This document shows positions 40,501 to 52,500 of a stretch of 64,000 bases of DNA, in pieces. The notes beneath the pieces are model-generated. The model had not been told where the DNA came from. It saw only the letters and a program-made list of their open reading frames with translations, and did no database searches. Both the position numbers and the translations under genes were made by a program. Source of the DNA: Okamejei kenojei (taxonomy: Eukaryota); contig CM069152.1 in assembly GCA_035221665.1 (NCBI GenBank), positions 13,516,001 through 13,580,000 of the forward strand, in the 5' to 3' direction. Positions within the stretch are counted from its first letter, which is position 1, and each line of letters opens with the position of its first letter.

Positions 40501-43500
40501 TCTCTCCAGAGATGCTGCCAGACCCGCTGAGTTACCCCAGCATTTTGTGTCTATCTTTGGTGTAAACCAGCATCTGCAGTTGCTTCCTACCCAGGTGGAG
40601 GAAGAGTAGCGTAAGCTGGAACAGAACAGAGTATTGGTTAAGGCCCAGCACAGTGACTGGATAAGCCCACTGCTTGTCAGAAGATGTACTGCAGTCATGC
40701 ACTGATTATAAGGTCACTCTCACTAAAAATATTAGTTGACACTGCCCAGATCACAGGACCAATGCATTGCAGATAAAGGGAACAGATTTAATCAGTTTCT
40801 CTATGTACCTCTTTCATAATATTTCTGTCAACTCGCATTAATCCCCTTTTATACATACTGTGAGATACCCTTTATGCTCACAATTAATACTCAAAGACTA
40901 AATCCTGGAAGCAAGAGATTTCTTTATTTTACGAGTCTGCAGACCGGGTGCCTCTCCAACTCGAGACACACCGAAGCCAGAGAGATCATCCCCCTTTATA
41001 CACAAAATCTTACATTCAATCTCCCCTCCGGACCTTTCTCCAATCAGGGTCGGAGGTGCACAATCTGTAGGTACCTCCCACCGTACATCCCCTCGTACCT
41101 CCCATATCATACATTGCATGTTCAAACATGTTCATGGTAATGGGCAATTTCTTGACCAGGGGTGTGTTGTAATATTCATTTATTCTATTAAGCATGCTCA
41201 ATTGCTCATGACCTGGCCCAGTTTTACTCACCTCCTAGTGAACCCTCTCAGTTTTCCTATATCAGTACTAAAGCTAAGCTATAGTGACAAGGGTCCCATC
41301 CATCACTCCTTTCCACTGATAGGGATCTCTCTACATCACTCCCTTCTCTAGCTTGTACAATGCATCTCTTCTTACTCAAGGACTCGAGGATGGGTCTGGC
41401 AACCTTCAGACACTGCTGTGTCAGAATCCTCTCTCCAGCCCCTCTCTGTTTGAATTCTCTTTAAAACTCCTTTCTTTAATAGGGTTTAATCATTTTATCC
41501 CTCACACATACTATTTATTACTCAGGCATTGACGGATTGACTCTTCTAATTTGTGTAAGAAGGAACTGAAGTTGCTGGTTTAAACTGAAGATAGACACAA
41601 AAAGCTGGAGTAACTCAGCGGGACAGGCAGCATCTCTGGAGAGAAGGAATGGGTGACATTTTGGGTCGAGACCCTTCTTCAGACTGGTTAGGGATAAAGA
41701 AAACGAGAGATATAGACAGTGATGCGGAAAGATAAAGAACAATGAATTCATCCCACGACAAATTCATTGTAGCGGTGCAGACCCTTAATACATTCTCATC
41801 AACAGTCTAGTGCATTGGGTTCTTCTTGTTCTTGTAGTGTGAATATATCAAAGTCACAACCAAGGAGTACCAGGGAAACATGTTGACATGTCAGACAGTA
41901 ATGATCAACTGCCTGAAGCCTAATAGTGATTCCAACCTTAAAAAAGCACTTGCATTTCACACTAATATACATATATTAAAATTACAGACTGGAACCTAAC
42001 TCAAGAATTTATGAGTTTATGGAATAACAGATACCCAGGGTATAAATTACAGGTTAGAATCTTATTACTCAAAGAGGAGGGAGGGCCAGGATGAGGCGCA
42101 GTTTGCAGAGATGTTGTGCAGCTTTTTAATAATTTTTTTTTCCTTTTATTTCTATAAAGATTGTCTATGATACATTTTCTGAAACCTGTGTGAGACTGAA
42201 CAAAGAGCAGCAAATGAAGATGAGATCATTACTCGGTGAGTATTCTAACTCTCTGAGTAAAAGCGGTGGGATTGAAATGGAATGGAGAGGAAAATAAGGA
42301 AGGATATCAGGGTAAGGAAGGGTTTTTTGAGGTGGGTAAAAGGATTTATCAACCTGAATTCTAAGGGAAATACAAATGCAGTGATGGAATAAAACAAAAA
42401 CTGCAGATGCCTGGAAATGGGAATTAAAAGCAGAAAACTGAAAACACTCAGCAGGTCAGGCAGTAAAGGTGGAAATTGAAGTAGATTTAACATTTTAAGG
42501 TGAAGACCCTTAAGAACGTCAAGTGAGAAAACAGGATTATTTTAGGTTGCAAAGATAGTGGGGTGGCTTAATAGGCTAAAGGGAATATCTCTGATAGGCT
42601 GAGGGATGATTAAGCCTTCTGGTCGACGAGAGCAGTTGGAGACATGGAACAGGTAGACGGTGTGAAATGTAGAAACATCCCAGGAAGTCAGTCAGTGCTG
42701 GTGGAGAAAGAGAAACTGGGTCAATATTACAAACAGATGACCTAGAGCGAACAAAATGTGTAGGGAGGAACTGCAGATGCTGGTTTACACTGAAGATAGA
42801 CACAAAATGCCGGAGTGTCTCAATGGGGCAGGCAGCATCTCTGGAGAGAAGGAATGGGTGACTGAAGAAGGATCTCGACCCAGAACGTCACCCATTCCTT
42901 CTCTCCAGAGATGCTGCCTGTCCCGCTGAGTTACTCCAGCATTTTGTGCCTGACCTAGAGCACAAGTGGGCGATTCTGATAAAGCAGAGAATATCAGCAA
43001 CCTGAAGGTGTTGAACTAGATATTGGTTCCTAATGGTCAAACTTGTCCAGACAGAAGACGAATGAAAGAAAGAATGTCATAGCACCCAACGTTGTGAGAC
43101 ATCAATTGGCTTCATTTGTTTTTGTTCTTTTTGGCTAATCAGCAATCTAAAATCTGAACGTGGGATTTCTGTGTAATCTCTCTGCAAACTTTGGATCTGT
43201 CACCTTACAGATAGGTTTACAAGGTACTGCAGTTGCTGGAAAACTGTGATTATAAGCAGAAAATGCTGGAACTGCACTTCAAACCAAGCAGCTGTGGAGA
43301 GAGAAACAGAGTTAATATTTCCATTTGATGAACCTTGACTGGAATTGTTTCTATCTTCACAGATGCCACTTGATTTATTTCCAGCTTTATTTTTGTTTAT
43401 ATTTCAGTAAGTTTTCTTTACATAGTCCAGCAGTTTTACTGAGGGACAACAAATAAGCAACACTATTATTAAGGGTGTAAGAAGGAACTGCAGATGCTGG

Positions 43501-46500
43501 AAAATCGAAGGTACACAAAAATGCTGTAGAAACTCAGCGGGTGCAGCAGCATCTATGGAGCGAAGGAAATAGGCAACGTTTCGGGCCGAAACCCTTCTTC
43601 AGACGGGCTATTATTATTAAGGGGCTGTCCCACTTGGGCGACCTAATTGGCGAATTTAGAAGAGTTTGAAAAAATGACATGTTGAAGACCTCCTACGACT
43701 ATGTAGGACCTCCTTCGACTTCATCGACTATGTTGAAGACCAGCTTCGACTAGTTACGACTAGCTATGATTAATTTCGGAAAAATTGGACACTGAATAAT
43801 GGAGAGTGAAGATGACCTCCTTCGATCACCTTCGATCTCCCTTCGACCTCCCTTCGACTATGATGTAGACTATCTACGACTACCTTTGACTACCTTCGAC
43901 TACCCTCGATTACCTACGACTAACATGCCGACCCACTATGACCTATTACGACTAAACCTACGAGTAAAAAAAGTATCAATTTTTTCCACGGCGACCTTTT
44001 TTTACTCGTGGGCATTTTTTAACATATTGAAAAAAACAGCGCGACCTAGCTGAGGCCTCGAGTACGCGGAGACCACTCTCGAGCATGAAGGAGAGTTACG
44101 AAGACCTCCTACGACCTCGTGTCGACCATGCTGCGAGTATGAGTCGAGGGAAAACTCGCCAGAACTCACGGATTAGGTCGCCCAAGTGGGACAGGCCCTT
44201 TAGAGTTTATCTAATTAAAACAAAACAGAACAGAAGAACAATGATATAAAAGACCCTCAGATACAGCATGAAAACAAGGCCCTTAGCCCACCGTCCATCG
44301 ATCACCCGTTCACTCTGGTTCCATGTTATCCGAAGGACTACCTACTACCCAGCCCCTGGGTCCATGTTGAATGGTCCAGGCCATCAAAGGAACCAGCTGT
44401 GGTTCACCATCTGTGGTGCATTCCTGTCAAAATAATCTGCTTATCCCTTCAGAAATCACTGCAAGGGGCTATAGAATGACAGTGCAAGCAAGATGCCTTA
44501 ACATCTTTAGTTTAGTTTAGTTTAGAGATGCAGCGCGAAAACAGGCCCTTCGGTCCAGCGAGTCCACGCCGACCAATGATCCCCGCACGCTAACACTATC
44601 CTACACACACTGGGGACAATTTACGTTTATAGCAACCCAATTAATCTACTAACCTGTACGTCTTTGGAGTGTGTGAGGAAACTGAAGATCTCGAAAACCA
44701 ATGCAGGTCATTGGGAGAACGTACAAACTCCATACAGACAGCACCCGTAGTCAGGATCGAACCCGGCTCTCCGTATGAGAGGTATGAGAGAGTTGAATGT
44801 AATATAAATGGATGTAAATAGAAATTATAGGTTCTGGCTTCAATACATCAATAGGTTTGAAGTTCGTTATAACAGCCATAGATGGCTTTGTCAGAGTTAA
44901 AAGTGACGGGTTATATTGACTGTATTTTGTTTAGTTTAGTTTAGAGGTACAGCAATGGAAATAACCCCTTCAGCCCACTCGTTCACTCTAGTTCTATGCT
45001 ATCCCATTATTGCACCCTACACACTAGGGGTAATTTACAGAAGCCAATTAACCTACAAAGGCACAGATCTTTGGAATGTGGGAGGAAACCGGAGTACCCA
45101 TAGGAAATCTATGAAGTTACAGGAAGAACGGGCAAACTCCACATACAGCACACAAAGTCAGAATCAAACCCTGGTCTCTGGCACTGTGAGATAGAAACTC
45201 TATTGCTGTGCCATTGTGCCACCCAAACTGGCTGATGATAATCCAGCTTCCACACGTGGTAACGTTCTTTCCTGGTTTAATCTCTCCTAGTTTTTGTTGT
45301 GAAACATCTAAATGTTAAAGAGCCAAGATCATTCTAGCCTGAAGATAGACACAAAGTGACAATTTGGGTTGGAAACCTTCTTTCAGACTGTCTTCCTTCT
45401 TTCTTCCTACACACCATTCTAGCCTTGATATTAAAAAACTTCCCCTTTGAACATGTCCAAGATGGGCGAATGCAGCTTGTATAACATAATTAGTTATTTC
45501 TCTTCTGCAGCTGAAAACAACATTCAAGCCTCGACCTTGGTGAAGGATGAGGTTGTCAAGAGGAAGATTGTGACGACAGCCAGAGAGTCTTGGGATATTT
45601 ATTTCTGCCGTCTGTTCCCTGCCTCTGTGAGGACAACTTTCCTGGATTTGTATACTTTCTTTTATTTGAGCAGATGTGTTGTGAAATATATTTTCTCAAA
45701 ATCCTTAGCATTTAGTAAGTACACCTGATTGGCAGCAGACTGCGGTAACCTCCCTGTTGAATGGGCAGCTCATGGGAACATGGGAGTAGAAGTTAGCCAT
45801 TCATCCCCCGGAACCTGTTTACTATTCAGTGGCTTATCTGTACCTCAGAACACAAGCTCTTGTCCCTAAATATTATGGTGAAGGGAGCCACAATCTGTGT
45901 AGGAAGGAACTGCAGATGCTGATTTACACCGAAGATAGATACAAAATGCTGGAGTAACTCAGTGGGTGAGGCAGCATCTCTGGAGAAAAGGAATAGGTGA
46001 CGTTTTGGGTTGAGACCCTTCTTTAGACTCAATCTGCATCAATGTCACATTTCTGATTGGTGCCCCCAGATACTTCCCTTGCCCGATCTCTATTTCTGTA
46101 ATAACTATTTCATTCCATAATGTCCCAATCTACCTCCCAACCAAGGCCACGTAGCTCATTTTTGAAGGAATTATGCATGCAGATTTAATTGGAGCCTACT
46201 GAAAATTTCACTTTGCTGAAGAAGGAGTTTATATTTTTTTAAATTCCAATCATGTATTAGAATCATAGAGTCTAACAGCATGGAAACGGGCCCTTGAGAC
46301 CAACTTGCTCACAGCGGCCAACATGTCCCATCTAGACTAGTCTCACCTACTTGCATTTGGCCCATATCACTCGAAACCTGTCCGATCCATGTACCTGTCT
46401 AAACGTTTCTTCAACATTGAGATAGTCCCAGCCTCAAATATCTCCTGTGGCAGCTTGTTCCATACACCCACCAAGGCCACGTAGCTCATTTGTGTGAAAA

Positions 46501-49500
46501 ATGTACCCCTCAGATTCCTATTAAATCTTTCCCCCCTCACCTTACATCTATGTCCCCTGGTTCTCGAATCCCCTACTCTGGGCAAGAGACTGTGCGATTA
46601 CCCGATCTATTCCACTCATGATTTTGTACACCTCTATATGATCACCCCTCATTTTCCTCTGCTCCAAGGAATGAAGATCTAGCCTGCTCAACCTCTCCCT
46701 ATAGCTCAAGCCCTTGAGTCCTGGTAACACCCTTGTATTCAAGATAGACCCAAAAAGCTGGAGTAACTCAGCGGGTCAGGCAGCATCTCTGGAGAAAAGG
46801 GTTAGGTGACGTTTTGGGTCGAGATCCTTCTAACATCCTTGTATTCTTGTTAATTAGCTAACTTATTTTGAGATCCAAACATTTTTCTATTTTTTAATTC
46901 TTTCTCTTCTGAAGTCAGACTGGCCAGATGGAAGCAGACTTGGGCTCACTGGGAATTCCCAGCTGCCCTGGAACATTACAAGGCAACAGGGATCAGGAGA
47001 GAACAAAGGGCAATATCTTTTCACTTTGCCGGACAGTTTTAACAATGCTAATTTGTAATGATTGATGATTGTGTTGCAGGGCAGCGTTGGAACTGGAGTG
47101 CAGGTTCTGGGAGTTTCCCACAAAGGAATCAGTCTGCTGAAACTAGTGCGCAGCCGCAGTACGCCAACAGAGAATCTGAGGGTACTCAGAAGCTACAGGT
47201 ACAAAGAAGACACTATGGTCCCTCCTTCTGCTGGACTGTGTAGAAATTTTGGGTCATATTTGAATCTGAGATGAGTATTGCTAGCATGATCCACAATTTT
47301 TGCCTCATGCTATCACCCATGTCCACATTTTCCTCCAGGTGTGTGCTTATGAAATCCTCATCCATGCCTTTGTAACTGTCACACTCAACTCTTCCAGACT
47401 TAACTCCGATCCTTTATAACTCTGTGGTGATTCAAAACCGTTGCAAGTTTCCTGTCAAACCCATGTCCTGTTTATCTTCACCAGACTGCTCACATGTCTT
47501 CCCTAGCATCTAACTAAGCAACATAATCCTTTAAAAATGTTCAGCCGTGCATTCAAGGTGTTGCATTCAAGTCTCACTTTATCTCTGTATTCCCACTGGC
47601 CCACTGCTGAGGTTCAGTTAATACTTTGGCTGCCGCTCAAATATCTATGCTAACACAACAATGAAAAGCTGTCTCATCACTGCCCTCTCGTACTCTATGT
47701 GTATAAGATTCTATGGCACAATGCCCTATTTGTGGAGGAACAGGGGAGTTAACCCTGTAGACTTCAGTGAAAAATCACTAAGACAGTATGTCTGGTCATC
47801 ATCCCCTTAGCTGCCATGCTCTAACATTACAGTAGTGATCAAAGGTACTTCAATGGCTGTTAAGCAATTTGAAAGGGACTTGAAAATGCAACTCTTTTTT
47901 AAAATCTTAATATGTCCTTATGTCATTTAATGTCCAGTTCTGCTTAGTAAGCCACGTGAAATATTTTGCAACATTACACTATATTAAAGGTGCTAAATAA
48001 GATAAAATAAAAAAACTTAATGAATTAGGAAAATAATCAGGTCACTCAGCACTGAATCTGCCCTGCCATTCAATAAGATTACGGCAACTCCACATTTGCA
48101 TTCTCCCACCAGTAACTTTAATATCCATTGCTATCATGAATCTTTCTCATGCTGTCTTAAAAATAGGCAAACACTCTATTTTCCTTACCGTTTGAGGAAG
48201 AAAGTTACAAAGATTCACGACCCTTGGAGCGAGAAAAGTTCATCTAATCTCAGTTTAAAATTTGCAACCCTTGATTTTTTTAACAGTGATTCCTTTGTTC
48301 TAGTTTTTCCCCATAGGAAGAAACATCTTCAACGCATTAAACATAGAACTCATGAGAACAGGTGATGGAAGGGCCTGCTTCCATGCTGTATCAATCAAAG
48401 GAAAATGATTCCCTTTGGGAACATTTTGGTTATCTGTCCTACTAGATGTGATTTTATCAATGTTACCACTTCCTCCTGTAATGGGTAGTGCCTCAGTCAC
48501 ATGGAGACATGATCTTCCACACCTTCTAAAATTAGATATTATATAAGAGATGTATTGAACACTTCTACCTATGCTCTCCCATTTTCCCAACTCAACCTCT
48601 GACGTTTGCTTAATTCAGAACTCCCACCTAGATTTAGTTTCCCCTGCTCTTAACTCTCGAAACTGCACTCTTGAACTTCTGACCATAAGCCGACCTGGAC
48701 CTCTAACCTCCCATTCTCCAACTCCAAACTCTGAACTCCACCCCGATTCTCCAAACTCCAAGCTGACTCTTTGCTGCCATGCAGGATTCTCATCTCTGTC
48801 TTTGAATTTGTAGAATGTCTGTACGGAATTCTGTATGTTGCTCTGGGACAAGGGTCTGGTGTCCAAGAAGCCAATCTAATCAGTATCAAAATGATTTCTT
48901 TACAGCTACACAGACATCTTGTTTGTCACCATCCCTTCTGAAAACATGTTGGATTTCAACCTCACCAATGAGAAGCTGATTTTGTTTTCCTCCAAGGCAC
49001 CACAAATTAAGAACATGATTGATTATTTCATCACTGAGCTGAAGAAGGTGGGTGAGGGTTTGCTTTAGGCTGCTTCAAGCCGTCGGTGTACGAGGAATGT
49101 GACAAATAATTATTGTTCTTTTACCAAGACATGTAACATAAATCCATGATTTTCTTTAAATCAGCCATTGGTTAATGAGTGGTTATTTCTCTTTTGCTAG
49201 AAAGATAACATTTCACGTTCCTCCCCAAAGATTTGGACACATCATCCAGATTTTTGGTTTAGGACTATGAGAGCTCAGCACTGTCAGAGGGGTTGTGCTG
49301 GGACAATACTGCATTGTCAAAGGGGCCAGTGCTGAGTGAGTACAACACTGTTGGAGGGATTATTTTGAGGGAGCATTGAATTGTGTGAGAGAACAATGAG
49401 GGAGATTTGCCTTTCAAATGAGATATTGAATCAACACTGGCTGTACTCAAGTGGATGTACAAGATCCAAGATTTATTTCCTGACCAATGCTGCTAAAACA

Positions 49501-52500
49501 GATGATCTGGTCATTGATCAGTTTACTGTTTGTGCAATGTTGTTCCTTTTTCAGATTTACAATGTTAATTAAAATTCTTAATTAGTGCAAAATCGGGTGG
49601 ATTTCCAATCTCGGACAAAATAGTGGCGATCAAATTTGCAGACCAAGAGTCAAGAGTGTTTTATTGTCATGTGTCCCAGATAGAACAATAACATTCTTAA
49701 CTTGCTGCAGCACAGTAGAATATGTAAACATAGTACACTGTAAACAATATGATAACCAAGAGAGAAAACAAAATGTTCAGTGTGTATATTTGCACATACT
49801 CACAAGTACACACACACACACATTTATATATATACTAGACCAAGCGCAGACCCATTGGGTCTGCTCCCCCAACGCACCTGCTCCCTACCCATAGCCCCCA
49901 TGGGAGGCGTGGTCCTCCAACTCAAGCCGTTCCCGAACGTAAGATTCCAGCACTCCCCTGCCTCCCTGAGCAGCGGGCTTTAAAACAAAATTCCAATTGC
50001 ACAGGAGGGGGAGGGCGAATTGCGTGTTACAATAGTAATTCGCCCTCCCTCTCCTGTGAGGTGAAGGGTTCAGAGTGTTCCTATGTCATCACTGCTTGCC
50101 GAGCCATTGTGACATCAGTTGAAGCTGTTCATTTTAAATTCAAAGTCTTTTGATTTTTTTGAAACTTTAATCAGTAATGTCGAGAAATAAAGCATAAAAT
50201 GCTCAGTGAAAGTGACCTCTGCCTAGAGGGGGAAAATGTGAATCAGAATATGTAAAAATCTTGCGAAAGTTGTTAAAGCATTCATCGCGAATAACATGAA
50301 GTATAGGATGAAATCTTCAGTGAAGCTGATCACTGCTAGCCGAGCCATTGTGACGTCTTCAGTGAAAGCTGGTTGTTTTAAATTCGAAGTCTTTTGATGT
50401 TTTTAAACTTCTTACTTACTTTTAATCAGTAATAAGTTGAGGAATGTTCAGTGAAGGTGAATAACATGGGAATTTCCTCTGTGGAAGAAGACTGCTCCTC
50501 ATAAGGCAACCTCACTTCTACTGAGTTCAACAATGATTACATTTTTAACGAGCATTCTCTCTGGTGTTGGGATATTGTGATTACAGTAATGTTAATTAAC
50601 TGGTGGATTGGAGCCAATGGTAGACCATTGCAAAGATTCAGTTTCAGTTTAGTTTATTGTCACGTGTACATTGGTTCTAATTAGTTCTAATTAGCTAGAT
50701 TGCTAATGTGTACGTGTCACGTGTTAGCACACTTTTTGTTGCGTCCTAACCAGTCAGCCGAAAGACAATACATGATTACAACCAATCCATTTACAGTGTA
50801 TAGATACATGATAAGTGAATAACGTCTGGTGCAAGGTAAAGCCAGCAAAGTCCATTCAAGGATAGTCCAAGGGGACATCAAAGATAATAATTCAGCACTG
50901 CTCTCTGGTTGTGGGAAAACGATTCAGTTGCCTGATAACAGCTGGAAAGAAACTGTTCATGAATCTGGTGGTGTGCGTTTTCACATTTCTCACTGAAGCT
51001 TCAGGTCACTGGCAACAATGTGCTTCCACCTCATCCTTACCCTTATAGGATGCTTCCCAAGTGAATCATCCCCCCTGGTCTCCATTGCTTCTAGAGCTTT
51101 TGTTTCTTGCCATTTTCCTCATTAATATTGTCTGTGTTTGCATTCAACTTGCTCATCTCCTGCTCACCATCTATTTTATAAAGTGTCTTGCGATGTGTTG
51201 TTACATGATCTGTGCTGCAAAATAACTGTAGCTTGGCACGAATAGCATAAAGCTAATATTACCTGTGTTGTGGCCACTTGCAGGATTCTAATTATGTTGT
51301 AGCAGTGAAGAGTCATATCACAAATGACAGCTCCTTCCTTCGGTTCCACAAGGGAGACATCATCTGCCTACAATCCTTGGATGGTTTGGAGGAAGGTCAG
51401 TATCTGTGGGAATCTAATTGTTCATAGTCAGGGATCAACTAAAAATCCACATAACTAATTTCTTATAAATGTGAGTACCTGAATTGGTTCTAATTAGCTA
51501 GATTGCTAAACAAGTAGCTACTATATGGCATTGATCCGCACAGAGCTCAGTACTTGTACATGAGTGTCCTTGAACTTGAGTCACTGGAAGTTAACAGGCA
51601 GGTATGGCAAGCGATTAGGGAGACAAACAATGTACAGGTTCTCTCCAGGTTATGTCCGCCTGACGTACATATAGATGAGCTTTTTGGAGACCAGCTGGAT
51701 TGCTTTGTTGGGTTACCTGCCATGTGGGAACTCAGTTTGCAGCAATATCATTGCATCGTGCAGAGGAATCTCAATGGTTTAATTAAATCCCCTGGTTCAA
51801 CTACACATTGCCCTTGGTAAGTCTATGTATTAATATAAATATAATGCCAGGCAGCCGTATATATCTGACTTGCACACTGCTCATGTTACAAACATTTCTC
51901 AGGCACAGAATTCTGTTGTATCCCGGTGAGGCCCTATGTTTGCCTTTACCTGAAGTGGATTTGATATAAAAATAAAGACATCTTTTTGCGATTACATTTG
52001 TCCCTGGTAATCTTGCATATGGGGCTGTTTTCTCTACCTGACAGATTCATGGGAAAGGAGATTGTTCTATGAGGAGCAATGAAGCTGACTGAGCATGTAC
52101 TTTATGGAGTATAGATGAATGATTGGTGATTTCATTGACATCTCTAATATTTCGAGATGGTTTGCCAGGCTATTGCAGGGATGATGATTCCCCTGGCCGA
52201 GGAGTCCAGAACCAGGAATCACAGACTCAATATAAGGAATGGCCTTTCAGGACTAAGATGAGAAGAATTTTCTTCTGGTGCAGGACAGAATTTTTTTTTT
52301 CCAGTGACGGTACTGGAAGCTCTGTCACTGAGACTATTTAAGACAGACATTTATAATATTTTGGATATTGAGGGATTCAAGTGAGCGTTAAATAACAACT
52401 AGGTCTCAATAAACCTGAACTCACACCTTGTGTTTGAACTCACTGGGCTCAGTGAGTGTGAATTCATTCCCTGGGTTCAGAGTGTCTGCATACATTCATT

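Noticed and set aside
40874-41140. Cys-containing ORF (RRCTICRY) as a Penelope zinc-finger remnant
   Set aside because: It lies within a sequence better explained as a solo LTR with termini and TSD
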